Below, one piece after another: positions 7,458 to 17,434 of a stretch of DNA of 64,000 nucleotides. The stretch is taken from NCBI GenBank assembly GCA_965662895.1, contig CBFIJH010000002.1:96001-160000 (forward strand). The letters run 5' to 3'. The first letter of the stretch is position 1. Each line of letters starts with the position of its first letter. The translations under genes were made by a program, and so were the position numbers. This stretch comes from Candidatus Poseidoniaceae archaeon. GTDB taxonomy: Archaea > Thermoplasmatota > Poseidoniia > Poseidoniales > Poseidoniaceae. The notes under the pieces are model-generated. The model did not search any database and was not told the origin of the DNA. It saw only the letters and a program-made list of their open reading frames with translations.

Positions 7458-10316
7458 GTGCGAAGTCTTCTCGTAGCGGTCCTTATTCTCGCTTCACCTC
7501 TTCCACTTGGGTGGGTTAGCGATGCACCAACCAACGGTGGTTATGAAGTCCTTCTTCATGATACAGACGACGAAATGTGGGCGCAATCTGAATGGGAGGG
7601 ACTCAAAGAATTCGGTTACACGCCGCTACGTCTCTTGTCACCGAAGACACTCGTCGCTTGGAAACATGTTGATGCGTTTCTGCCCACAACAATTCTCGAA
7701 TCTGAAGCACCGCTTGCTCCTTGGAAATCCATCCCATTCGAAGGACAAACGGTTCGCATCGTGCTTGAACCCGGCCTGCCGGATTCGGCGCTCGACGATT
7801 TGCATACCGAGTTTCAGGAACTGCTCAGAACCTCACTTCCTCCCGCTGATACTGGACATCTTACCTCAATCAACGTCGTATGGGAGCCAACCTACCATAT
7901 GGAATGGTTCGAGAACGTTCCAGGCGTCTTATGGATTGAACCTGAACAAACCACTACGGGAAGGAACCTTGACTCAGCTGCTCTACTCTCTGGTAAAGAA
8001 ACTGATGAACATCCGTTGACATGGCAACTCGGTTTGAATGGCTCCGGTGTCGTCATAGGGGTTGCTGATACTGGAATTGATTCAGATCATTCCTGTTTCC
8101 ATGATGTCTCCAATGCAACAATTGGAGAAGGCCATCGAAAGCTCGTCTTTGTGAACACGACCATCGATGACTGGGATTCTTCAGGTCATGTGGATTACCG
8201 CCATGGCACCCATACTGCCGGAATTCTTGGGTGTCATCCTACTGGAACCCTGCTTGAAGAAAACATCCCCTCTGCCCTTATGTCGCTTGGTTACGGCACG
8301 AGGCTTGTTGTACAAGATATCGTTTCAGAAAATGGTTGGTCACCCCCAGACGTCGACCTCCTCCTCGCAGAATCGGCAATGTATGGTGGATATCTTCATT
8401 CCAATTCTTGGGGCGATGATACAACGGATTACACATTGCGGTCAGCAGATTTTGATGCTTTCACGCGTGAGTTTCCTTGGACACTACCGATTATTGCACC
8501 AGGAAATAACGGTGGATCGGTTCTTGAGCCAGCGAATGCACGAAATGTCATTGCAATCGGTGCATCAACCAAAGATACCGTTACTGAGCGATGGATGTCA
8601 TCTGTTCATGGGCCTACAGATGCCGAAACGCGAGGCATCTTTGCACTTGCGCCTGGTGTTGCAATCGTTTCTGCTCGATCGGATGGTTCGCCCAATACAT
8701 ACAACTCGGGCCATCATACCTTGAGTGGTACCAGCATGTCAACGCCGATGGCTGGAGCATACGCAAGCATTCTTCAGCAAATGGTACAAGATGGTTGGTT
8801 GACTGGTCATAATGAGAGCTTAAACGAACATTCCCTTCAAGACGATTCGCCATGGTTTGATTCAAATTCTGTTGAACGTTCAATTCTGCTTGGTGAGGGT
8901 TTTACTCCATCTGCACCACTGATGAAAGCCCTCATGTCGATTTCAACAACTCCACTCAATGATGAACATCGAAATGGAGGTGATGGAGGATCACACGCTC
9001 CGAACAACTATGATGGATGGGGCGTTCTCAACCTGAGCACGATTGTTGATTTTGAGAATCTCACGTCGTCTACAACAGAAATTGCCCGACCAATCTCCAA
9101 TGTCTGGATTCACGATTCCTATCGACTTCGTGACGGGATTCCCTCTGAACATCTCGTGAGTCGTGATGGACAGAAAGACCCAATCGAGGATTTGATGGAT
9201 AATGGATGGGATGGGTCCAATGCTGTTGGGCCATTCCTGTCGACTGGAGATGTTTTTCAGCAACGTTTCATTCTTCAAGAAGGTGAGTCCCTTGACGTTC
9301 GATTTTCGTTCCAAGCCAAGCCAGAACCTCATCTTGTTGACGATATTCAACTCATGGTTCGTTTTCCGGACGGAAGGTTTGCCCTAGGCGATGAATATCG
9401 GCAGGATGGACGTTCCCAATTGTACTATGATTTCGTTAATCCCCTCAATACAACAGCGTTCCCTCCAACGAACGAGACAACGGTTGGAGTTCACTTCGAT
9501 AGCGTTACGTTGGAAGACATCGATTACGTCGACATCATCGTTACGGGTCGTTACGTTTCTCCAGGAAATCAGCCAGGTACCTTAGGTATTGAGGGGGATC
9601 GTACTGGATTCGCTCTCGCTATCAAAGGTGTTGAAATCGATCCTCTCAATCACTCCGATGGCGATGGTGATGGTGTTCCATACGAACTCGACATCTGTCC
9701 GTTTACCAATGCATTTGATTGGGATCTGGATGGTGATGGTTGCATCGACGATAATGACATCGATGGTGTAAACGACGACGTTGATTCGTGCCCAACGACG
9801 CAAGCACTTGTCCCTGTGGACTCGGTTGGATGTTCGTTACAGAATCAAGCACCGCGTATCTTTTTGGACGAATCGTCGTTAAGTTCTCACGATAATGAAA
9901 CAATCGAGGTTCTTTTCTCGGTGCTTGATGAAGATAACGTAACGGTAACCATCGTTCTCGAACGATTTGGCCAACCGCCAGGTACCGTTGAAGTATGTAC
10001 TGCAATTGTTTCAAACGATTCTTGGGTGCGCTGCTCTGTTAACGTCAGTCAGAACTTTTTCCCGCTCAATGCTGAAGGGAATTGGACTGCATATATTGTT
10101 GCAGAAGACGATAATTCTAGTTCATGGACCGAGCCTGCTGCGTCAAATTATCGATCAACTGTCTTTGCAATACAACTTCCAGAGAAGCCTTTGCAAGAGG
10201 AGGCTGTGTCTGATTCGTGGTTCGCCACGGCCATGGTGGCCTCCATCGCCACAGCCATCGCAGTTGCCTTTATGGGTCAATTTTGGATTTTTTACCGGAA
10301 GAAAGAGAACAAATAG
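7458..10316 (+). CDS. S8 (subtilisin-like) serine peptidase, secreted, with Asp-rich TSP3-like repeats and C-terminal TM anchor
   Basis: Catalytic triad motifs ADTG, HGTH, GTSMS; HSNSWG; DGDGDG/DLDGDG repeats; signal peptide after GTG 7458. Confidence 0.92.
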   Translation: MRSLLVAVLILASPLPLGWVSDAPTNGGYEVLLHDTDDEMWAQSEWEGLKEFGYTPLRLLSPKTLVAWKHVDAFLPTTILESEAPLAPWKSIPFEGQTVRIVLEPGLPDSALDDLHTEFQELLRTSLPPADTGHLTSINVVWEPTYHMEWFENVPGVLWIEPEQTTTGRNLDSAALLSGKETDEHPLTWQLGLNGSGVVIGVADTGIDSDHSCFHDVSNATIGEGHRKLVFVNTTIDDWDSSGHVDYRHGTHTAGILGCHPTGTLLEENIPSALMSLGYGTRLVVQDIVSENGWSPPDVDLLLAESAMYGGYLHSNSWGDDTTDYTLRSADFDAFTREFPWTLPIIAPGNNGGSVLEPANARNVIAIGASTKDTVTERWMSSVHGPTDAETRGIFALAPGVAIVSARSDGSPNTYNSGHHTLSGTSMSTPMAGAYASILQQMVQDGWLTGHNESLNEHSLQDDSPWFDSNSVERSILLGEGFTPSAPLMKALMSISTTPLNDEHRNGGDGGSHAPNNYDGWGVLNLSTIVDFENLTSSTTEIARPISNVWIHDSYRLRDGIPSEHLVSRDGQKDPIEDLMDNGWDGSNAVGPFLSTGDVFQQRFILQEGESLDVRFSFQAKPEPHLVDDIQLMVRFPDGRFALGDEYRQDGRSQLYYDFVNPLNTTAFPPTNETTVGVHFDSVTLEDIDYVDIIVTGRYVSPGNQPGTLGIEGDRTGFALAIKGVEIDPLNHSDGDGDGVPYELDICPFTNAFDWDLDGDGCIDDNDIDGVNDDVDSCPTTQALVPVDSVGCSLQNQAPRIFLDESSLSSHDNETIEVLFSVLDEDNVTVTIVLERFGQPPGTVEVCTAIVSNDSWVRCSVNVSQNFFPLNAEGNWTAYIVAEDDNSSSWTEPAASNYRSTVFAIQLPEKPLQEEAVSDSWFATAMVASIATAIAVAFMGQFWIFYRKKENK

Positions 10317-10397
10317 AGGACTTTTTGCTCATCCGTTTCAAGGGCTATCTTCAAACCTTATGGCATCCTCGGACGTTCATCACAGAAGGTGTTTACG

Positions 10398-11402
10398 ATG
10401 AGCGGACGATTATATGTTGGAATAGACCTAGGAACGTTTCAATCAACCATTGCTTCAAGCGCTGGAGCCATGCATTCGATTGAGACTGTCGTCGGACGGC
10501 CAAAAGACCCAGTTGCACGAAACTTCTTGAAGCGAGACGTGCTTTTTGGTGCTGATGCTCTGAAAAACAAACTTGCATGCAATCTTTACCGACCAATGGC
10601 TGCGGGTGTTACCCAAGATGATGAAGCAAATCTTGCTGCTGCCAAAGCCTTCGTTTCACACCTCATCGAGACCGTTGACCCAGAAGAATTTGACGAAGTG
10701 TTTGGGGTCATTTGCTCGCCAAGCCACGTTTCTTTCACTGACAAGAGCAATCTTGTTGCCACACTACGGGGACAAGTCAATGCAATTATGGTGGTTACTG
10801 AGCCATTCGCAACCGCATTTGCGATTAACGAAATCGGCGGTTCAATCGTCGTTGACATCGGTGCTGGAACCACAGATATCGCTCGAATTCACGGAACCTT
10901 CCCAACCGATGATGATCAAGTTACAATACAAGAAGCTGGTGACTGGCTTGACCTTGAATTGCAAACCCTCATCGCCAAGAAATTCACTGGAGCCCAGATT
11001 ACCAAAGACATGGTTCGAAAGTGGAAGGAAGAATCGTCCTACGTTGGCGGAGATGTTCGAACTGTCGAAGTTTCGCTCTCCGTTGATGGAAAAAGCCAGA
11101 ATGTTGACATTGGAGACCTCATCCAAGAGGCTTGTGAAATGCTCATTCCTAAGGTAGGAAACGCAATCAAGAGAATTGTTGCTGAGGCCGATCCTGAATA
11201 CCAACCCGTTCTTCGAAACAACATCATTCTTTCAGGCGGAGGATCCCTCATCGAAGGTCTTGCAGAGAGAGTTGCTCGTGAGATATCGGATATTGGTGAC
11301 GTAAACGTTTGGTGTGTTGAGAACCCACTCGAAAAGGTTGCAGAAGGTGCACTCATGCTTGCGGGTGAAATGCCTGACGACATGTACACCTCCATCAACT
11401 GA
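10398..11402 (+). CDS. Actin-fold ATPase, MamK/MreB family (MamK-like)
   Basis: GIDLGT (phosphate 1), VVTEPF, VDIGAGTTD (phosphate 2), LSGGGS (adenosine); SD-like AGGTG upstream. Confidence 0.92.
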   Translation: MSGRLYVGIDLGTFQSTIASSAGAMHSIETVVGRPKDPVARNFLKRDVLFGADALKNKLACNLYRPMAAGVTQDDEANLAAAKAFVSHLIETVDPEEFDEVFGVICSPSHVSFTDKSNLVATLRGQVNAIMVVTEPFATAFAINEIGGSIVVDIGAGTTDIARIHGTFPTDDDQVTIQEAGDWLDLELQTLIAKKFTGAQITKDMVRKWKEESSYVGGDVRTVEVSLSVDGKSQNVDIGDLIQEACEMLIPKVGNAIKRIVAEADPEYQPVLRNNIILSGGGSLIEGLAERVAREISDIGDVNVWCVENPLEKVAEGALMLAGEMPDDMYTSIN

Positions 11403-11420
11403 ATTGGCTTCAAGAATTCA

Positions 11421-11455
11421 CTGTTAAATCGGGGCTTGATTGCCCAGATTCACAG
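11421..11455 (+). terminator. Imperfect hairpin between actin and coiled-coil genes
   Basis: CTGT..AATC.GGGC-TTGATT-GCCC.GATT.ACAG inverted repeat. Confidence 0.4.
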
Positions 11456-11494
11456 GGAAGGTTCAAGAGTGGTTGAGTTTCCATCGTTTCTTGT

Positions 11495-12775
11495 ATGACG
11501 CTCGGCGCTTCAAATCCTGATGCCTCTCGTGGGCAACAAAACAGTATTGGAAATGACCGGGCTGCTTTGGAAGGGATGTTGAAAACCTACCCGGTTGAAC
11601 AACTCGTCGAGGAAGTTCTCATTGCTTGGGATGAGCTTGGGAAAAGAAATGACGAAGTTGTAACCATTAAACAACGATTACGCGTTCTTGAACTCGACCT
11701 CGCTGAGCGTGAAGATGAAGTTGCGCCAGAAATCCAACGCCTCCATGAATCTGAAGAGCAACTCAAAGAGGCTGAAGCTCGAATTGTTCACCTCGATCGT
11801 TTGTTGAACGATACTCGGCAAGAGCTCGATGCCCAAACCTCATCCCTTTCCAAAGAACAACAAGATGCCTTGCATGAGGAAGTTGAACAACTACGCAATC
11901 TAAGCACATCTCAAGATGAGGTCATTGCCGAGATGGAAGGACGAATGGGGTTGATGGTCGAAGCACTGGAGAAAGCTGCTGACGCTGGATTAACGTCTGT
12001 TACTGCTGACGAAGTCCGTTCACTGAAAAATCAACTCGATGAAAAGACTGCTCAATACGAGGCTGAAGTCGCTGCCAATACTGCATTGGAAGAGGAGCGT
12101 CAACGGTTGCGTGATATTGCTGACCGTATGCGTGGACTTTTGGATGCACGTGACAAGCGCTTGGCTGATTTGGAAGAGCAACTCGAACGCGTTATGCAGG
12201 GCCCACGTTCTGTATCAGCAGAACATGACTACCTCGTCGAACAAATCGAAGAGATGAAACGTCGTCTTCTTGAACGTAATCGCGAGTACGAATCGCTTCG
12301 TCGACGTGAACGTCGACTCCACACCGATGTGTTTGAACGGGATGAACGCATCCAACAGATGTCGCTCACGATTACCGATCTTGAGGCTGCTCTTACAGAC
12401 CGTGTTGCTGAAATTCGCGAATTGGAAACACAGAATGCTGTCGCAATGCAAGAGGTTACCAGCGTTCGTCGGGGAGAGAGAACCCGAGAGGTCGTTGGGC
12501 GCGTCTTTGCAGACTCATTGTCATTGGTTCGAGGCCATGATGCCAGGGAAGCGAAGAGAGATGCGTATGCCAACGCCCCCGATGTGGAGCGGAGTTTATC
12601 GACACCGGATACAGACGATATGCGAAACCTTGCAGAAGGCGGTACTGTAGATTTGGACGTGGAAGAATCTGAATTGTCACAAGGCATGGACGTTGATGAG
12701 AAGCGCCCGCCGTCACCTGGAGGCAGCGGCGACCCAGTACTTTTTGATGAAGATTCAGAGGACAGCAATGAGTGA
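11495..12775 (+). CDS. Long acidic coiled-coil protein
   Basis: About 300 aa of E/R/L/Q-rich heptad sequence, acidic disordered tail, no TM segment or ATPase motif. Confidence 0.85.
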   Translation: MTLGASNPDASRGQQNSIGNDRAALEGMLKTYPVEQLVEEVLIAWDELGKRNDEVVTIKQRLRVLELDLAEREDEVAPEIQRLHESEEQLKEAEARIVHLDRLLNDTRQELDAQTSSLSKEQQDALHEEVEQLRNLSTSQDEVIAEMEGRMGLMVEALEKAADAGLTSVTADEVRSLKNQLDEKTAQYEAEVAANTALEEERQRLRDIADRMRGLLDARDKRLADLEEQLERVMQGPRSVSAEHDYLVEQIEEMKRRLLERNREYESLRRRERRLHTDVFERDERIQQMSLTITDLEAALTDRVAEIRELETQNAVAMQEVTSVRRGERTREVVGRVFADSLSLVRGHDAREAKRDAYANAPDVERSLSTPDTDDMRNLAEGGTVDLDVEESELSQGMDVDEKRPPSPGGSGDPVLFDEDSEDSNE

Positions 12776-13552
12776 TTGCAATCGTTCCTTGAGTAGTCCT
12801 AAATCCTCGAATTCTTCGGTAATCGTTCCCGTTACGATGTAATCTGCCCCTGCCTCCGCAGCAGCGTTCATTTGTTCAGGCGTGCGTATACCACCGCCAA
12901 TGATTAACGCACAGTTCATCGATGCTCGAGCAGTCTTGATGAGATCAATGGATACCGGTGATGATGCTCCAGAACCTGCCTCGAGATAGACCGTCGAGAA
13001 CCCATACATTTCTGCGGTTTGGCAATAAGCAGAAACCAATTCTGCGTCGTTTGGATGGATGAGGTCGGCATGGCCAACTTCGCCTACAGCTCCACCCGGG
13101 GCACACACGATGTATCCGGTCGGTATGGTTTGCAATCCCGCCTTGGCAATGTACGGTGCGCCGCGAAGTTGTTCTTCGATCAAGAATTTTCGGTTGGTAC
13201 TGTTCATGAGCATCATGAACAAGATTCCATCCGCTTTTGCAGACATGGCATGGGCCCCTCCTGGAAAAAGAATGACTGGAACATTCCACGTTTCTTCGTC
13301 GGCATCTGGATGTTGGCTTGCTGCGAACATCGACAATTCAAGCGCTTCTTGGATGGATGCGCACGTCGCATCGACAATGTTGCTACCCGTATCTGTTGAA
13401 CCACCCACAAAAATCGCTGACGTACCGCATTCAACAGCCACAAGTGCACGTTGTGCTGCAACCTCTGGTGATTGTTTGTCTGGATCGATGAGTGTGATAT
13501 GTTTCGTCCCCCCATCGCTTCTTGGAAGCATTGGTTCTCCGTGCGACCACAT
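12755..13552 (-). CDS. Geranylgeranylglyceryl phosphate synthase (GGGPS/PcrB family)
   Basis: TLIDPDK, IFVGGST, VILFPG, YLEAGSGA, IGGGIR and VTGT motifs. Confidence 0.93.
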   Translation of the reverse strand: MWSHGEPMLPRSDGGTKHITLIDPDKQSPEVAAQRALVAVECGTSAIFVGGSTDTGSNIVDATCASIQEALELSMFAASQHPDADEETWNVPVILFPGGAHAMSAKADGILFMMLMNSTNRKFLIEEQLRGAPYIAKAGLQTIPTGYIVCAPGGAVGEVGHADLIHPNDAELVSAYCQTAEMYGFSTVYLEAGSGASSPVSIDLIKTARASMNCALIIGGGIRTPEQMNAAAEAGADYIVTGTITEEFEDLGLLKERLQSLIAVL

Positions 13553-13652
13553 TTTTCGACACCCGTTGTGTTGAGTCTAGGGGATAGAGTTGTTAAGGAA
13601 TTTCATGATTCATGAGCAAGAATTCACATACCGCATTGGAGAAGGGCGGTCC

Positions 13653-15431
13653 ATGGTTGATGTCGAGAGGCCTTTACGGAACATACTCTCGCGCTCCGAT
13701 GCCCCGAAAGGAAAGATTCGTCTCGCAATTCTCTGTTCAATTCTGAACAAAATATGGGATTTAGCCCCTCCACTCCTCATTGGAGTTGCAGTCGATGTTG
13801 TTGTTCAAAAGGAAGAATCGCTTCTTGCCCAATGGGGAATCATCGACCCTTGGAATCAACTGATTGTGCTTGCAGTTGCAACATTCATTATTTGGGGTCT
13901 TGAATCCTTATTCGAATATTTCTACGCAGTGTTATGGAGAAATTTAGCACAAACCGTCCAACACAATCTTCGAATTATCACATTCGATCATGTACAAAAC
14001 CAATCCATGACTTGGTTTGACGAGCATCAAAAAGGAGATTTACTCGCTATTATGAACGACGATGTCAATCAACTCGAACGCTTCTTGGACAAGGGTGCAA
14101 ACGATCTATTGCAAGTTTCAACAACCGTCGTTGTTGTTGGTGCTGTCTTCTTGTATCTCTCATGGGAAATTGCACTGTTCGCTGTACTGCCCATTCCTGT
14201 CATTCTTTGGGGTTCATTCCTCTACCAAAAGAGACTCGAGGTTCGCTATCGAGACGTTCGAACAACTGCAGGTCAATTGAATGCATTGCTCGAAAACGAT
14301 TTGACGGGTATGGCAACCATTCAGTCCTTTACCAACGAATCATTGGAATTGAAGAGAGTTCAGGCGTTATCCGAAGAATACAGAAACGCAAATCGCTCCG
14401 CAATTCGCCTCTCAGCAGCATTTGTTCCTCTTATCCGCATGGCAATTCTTGCTGGATTTACTGCAACGCTTCTTCTCGGTGGACGCCTTGCATTGGATGG
14501 TGTGCTTGCAGTTGGGGCTTATTCCGTTCTGGTGTTTATGACGCAGCGGTTGTTGTGGCCATTGACCCGTCTCGGAGAAACCTTTGATTTGTACCAACGG
14601 GCGATGGCGTCCTCGGTTCGAATTCTCACCCTTCTCAACGAGCCAAGCACAGTGACTGGAGGAAGTCATGTCCTGAATCAAGAGGTAGCCAAAGGTTCGC
14701 CACTTCTCTTCGAAAATGTTGGGTTTGCATATCCCGAGCGTACCGCCCTTTTCACGGATTTTAGTATCGAAATAAAGCCTGGAGAAACGCTTGGTGTTGT
14801 CGGTTCGACTGGTTCAGGAAAAACAACCCTCACAAGATTTCTCTTACGCTTTGTTGAACCAAAAAAGGGATCGATCACATGGGGTGGGAAAAACATCGGC
14901 GAGTATACGCTTGAATCATTACGTCATTCAATCGCCCTTGTTTCGCAACATGTCACACTTTTCCCGACCTCCATACTCGAAAACATCCGATACGGTAGAA
15001 ACGATGCCACCGATGAGGAGGTCAAACGAGCAGCACTCGCAGCTGAAGCATTTGATTTCATTGAGGATCTTCCCAATCAATGGGATACGTTTGTTGGGGA
15101 AGGGGGGTATCGTCTCTCTGGCGGTCAGCGACAACGTATTGCCATTGCTCGAGCAGTATTGAAAGATGCCCCGCTCCTTATTCTTGATGAAGCAACGTCG
15201 GCTGTTGACAATGAAACCGAAGCTGCACTGCAGCGAAGTATCGCTCGGATTAGTAAGAATCGTACAACCATTATCGTCGCTCACAGACTTTCGACCGTAA
15301 GGCACTCAAATTCCATTCTGGTGTTAGAAAGTGGAGAGGTTATTGAACAAGGCAAACATGAGGATTTGCTCGCTCTTTCGGGCAAATATGCGTCCCTGTG
15401 GTCCGTTCAAATGGGTGAGAAAAACGGCTGA
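13653..15431 (+). CDS. ABC exporter, fused permease and ATPase (MsbA-like)
   Basis: TM domain plus GSTGSGKT, LSGGQRQR, LILDEATS, AHRLST. Confidence 0.95.
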   Translation: MVDVERPLRNILSRSDAPKGKIRLAILCSILNKIWDLAPPLLIGVAVDVVVQKEESLLAQWGIIDPWNQLIVLAVATFIIWGLESLFEYFYAVLWRNLAQTVQHNLRIITFDHVQNQSMTWFDEHQKGDLLAIMNDDVNQLERFLDKGANDLLQVSTTVVVVGAVFLYLSWEIALFAVLPIPVILWGSFLYQKRLEVRYRDVRTTAGQLNALLENDLTGMATIQSFTNESLELKRVQALSEEYRNANRSAIRLSAAFVPLIRMAILAGFTATLLLGGRLALDGVLAVGAYSVLVFMTQRLLWPLTRLGETFDLYQRAMASSVRILTLLNEPSTVTGGSHVLNQEVAKGSPLLFENVGFAYPERTALFTDFSIEIKPGETLGVVGSTGSGKTTLTRFLLRFVEPKKGSITWGGKNIGEYTLESLRHSIALVSQHVTLFPTSILENIRYGRNDATDEEVKRAALAAEAFDFIEDLPNQWDTFVGEGGYRLSGGQRQRIAIARAVLKDAPLLILDEATSAVDNETEAALQRSIARISKNRTTIIVAHRLSTVRHSNSILVLESGEVIEQGKHEDLLALSGKYASLWSVQMGEKNG

Positions 15432-15486
15432 TAAGTTTACACGCGAAAACGAAAGTATATATCCGCGAAGAAATTATTACGTTTTG

Positions 15487-16380
15487 ATGAACATGCAGTA
15501 TGAAAACTCATCAAAACTACGAAGCCTGAAGTTGAACCGCCGAAATAGCGCTGTACTCGCTGTTATGCTGTTTGCACTTGCAGCCGTTGCTCTACCAGCA
15601 GCAGCTGAAACAACCAACCCTGCCACAGTCGAATGGCTAAATGACAACGAGAACGACGGACTCGAACTCGTTACCTTCTTCTTGTTCTTCGTCGGATACA
15701 TTTCGATGGGTGCAGCGTTCGTCTTTTTCATGAGTGAGCGCTCGAATGTAGGACCAGAACACCGCACAACCATGACAATCTCCGCATTGATCGTCGGTAT
15801 TGCAGCGTTCCACTACTACTACATGCGTGGCGTGTACGTCGACCACCAAGTCGTCTCCATCGAGTACCGATACATGGACTGGATCATTACCGTTCCACTC
15901 ATGGCACTCAAGTTCCCAAGCCTCGTTGGCAAGGATGCTATCACCGATGCAAAGTTCGCTGGTCTCGGATTCACAGGAATCTGTTTCACTGGTGCACTCA
16001 TCATGATCGGATTCGGATACGCTGGTGAAGCTGGTCTCATGAACGCATGGGCTGGTCTCCTCCTCGGTGGAATGGGATGGGCAATGATCATTGTTGCAAC
16101 AGGTACCCCATGGTCCGATGGACTCGGTGTCGACAACAGCAAGATCGCTGACGAGCTCAAGTGGAGCGCTGACGCACTCCGCTGGTTCATCGTTGTTGGA
16201 TGGATCATCTATCCTCTCGGTTACCTCTTCAGCCCAGAAGTCAAAATCATCGACGCTGGTACAGAAGGCGAACTCTGGATGGGTATCGCTTACAACATCG
16301 CTGACATGATCAACAAGATCGGATTCGGTGTCGTAGCATGGATGGGAGCCAAGAAGGCTGCCGAAGCTATCACAGAGTGA
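15487..16380 (+). CDS. Proteorhodopsin-like microbial rhodopsin (DTK motif)
   Basis: Seven TM helices, HYYYMR, RYMDWIITVPLMALK, retinal-binding ADMINK; N-terminal signal-like segment; strong C-ending codon bias. Confidence 0.97.
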   Translation: MNMQYENSSKLRSLKLNRRNSAVLAVMLFALAAVALPAAAETTNPATVEWLNDNENDGLELVTFFLFFVGYISMGAAFVFFMSERSNVGPEHRTTMTISALIVGIAAFHYYYMRGVYVDHQVVSIEYRYMDWIITVPLMALKFPSLVGKDAITDAKFAGLGFTGICFTGALIMIGFGYAGEAGLMNAWAGLLLGGMGWAMIIVATGTPWSDGLGVDNSKIADELKWSADALRWFIVVGWIIYPLGYLFSPEVKIIDAGTEGELWMGIAYNIADMINKIGFGVVAWMGAKKAAEAITE

Positions 16381-16411
16381 GAGTAAAACAATACCGCATG
16401 TCATAACTGGG

Positions 16412-16433
16412 GAGGGCGCCTTACGGCGCCCTC
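16412..16433. terminator. GC-rich hairpin between convergent genes
   Basis: GAGGGCGCC-TTAC-GGCGCCCTC, a perfect 9-bp stem just after the rhodopsin stop and overlapping the stop of the convergent gene. Confidence 0.6.
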
Positions 16434-17428
16434 TCCTCTTCATGACGAGTTACCTGTCGTAACGCATACTCAAGCGAGTATGTTGGAAACCGTGTTCTCC
16501 AGAACACACTCAATGGCCACCAAACCAATGTGAATCCAATCACAACTGGTACAGCCGATGACCACGATAATGCAGCGCCTGAACCCAAGTAAATTGGGAT
16601 AAAATGGGCGAGGTATAACGTGAGAGAAAGCTGCCCGAGGTGATGAATTCCACGGAATGGTTGCCGATTCTCAAGGAGTATCCATAAGATCAAAACGCCA
16701 GTGCATGCTGCGATAAGAAACGGAGTGTTTGCTGGAAAAAAGGTCAGGACTGCTTCTCCTTGAGGTTGAGCAAATGGAATGCCTTTGTGAATTGATTCAT
16801 ACAGAAACGATACACACAACAAAATTCCAGCCACAACTACCATAGAAAGACTCTTGATTGTTGGAGCATGCACATTGATGCCCGCACCAAGGATCGAAAA
16901 GAAGACCCATGGGAAGAGTGGGTAGGTACCCGTTAGCACTAAGTGAGATACAAATTGGCTAACACCCAAGACCTCGACTCTGTCATTCCATGAAAGTGTG
17001 GAGTCTCCAGGTGAAAGTATTGTATTGATGACTCCAAGAGCAGTGAGAGTTGCTACGAATGCAATGCTGTTTCGTGCAATGCGAATCCACAGTGGTGCTA
17101 CAAGGTACAGGAGAGCAAACAAAGAGAGAACGCCTGGTGTGAAAGGATCGAAAAGATGAGAAGCAGTCATGTTAACAATAAACTGCGCTACAATCAGAAA
17201 TGCGAATCGGATCAATGCCTTTCGAACCGTCCAAGTTGATTGGACAGTGACCCAACCTCCAACGGTTACGAATAACGGAGCTGCTAGTCCACCAAGGCCT
17301 GCAACAACGAGTGCAAGAAAAGAGGTTGTTGATGCCTCATTTGGAGCCCATGTGGCGGCAGCATGAACCATAATCATGAGAAGAATTGCAAGACCTCGAA
17401 TCTGATCGATGTCTTGGCGACGTCCCAT
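16421..17428 (-). CDS. DUF1624/HGSNAT-like multi-pass membrane protein (putative acyltransferase)
   Basis: IDQIRGLAILLMIMVH, AAPLF, YPLFPW, LGQLSLTLYLAH. Confidence 0.8.
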   Translation of the reverse strand: MGRRQDIDQIRGLAILLMIMVHAAATWAPNEASTTSFLALVVAGLGGLAAPLFVTVGGWVTVQSTWTVRKALIRFAFLIVAQFIVNMTASHLFDPFTPGVLSLFALLYLVAPLWIRIARNSIAFVATLTALGVINTILSPGDSTLSWNDRVEVLGVSQFVSHLVLTGTYPLFPWVFFSILGAGINVHAPTIKSLSMVVVAGILLCVSFLYESIHKGIPFAQPQGEAVLTFFPANTPFLIAACTGVLILWILLENRQPFRGIHHLGQLSLTLYLAHFIPIYLGSGAALSWSSAVPVVIGFTLVWWPLSVFWRTRFPTYSLEYALRQVTRHEEERAP

Positions 17429-17434
17429 TCTGCG

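Noticed and set aside
10398-11402. Magnetosome island
   Set aside because: Only the MamK-like actin is present; no mamA/B/E/M/Q-like or iron-transport genes were recognised.
16045-16065. Carotenoid-antenna fenestration in the rhodopsin
   Set aside because: By manual alignment the position equivalent to GPR F152 / xanthorhodopsin G156 is Leu (NAWAGL), not Gly.
15637-16443. 268-aa ORF antisense to the rhodopsin
   Set aside because: Shadow ORF caused by the strong codon bias of the sense gene; no protein-like features.
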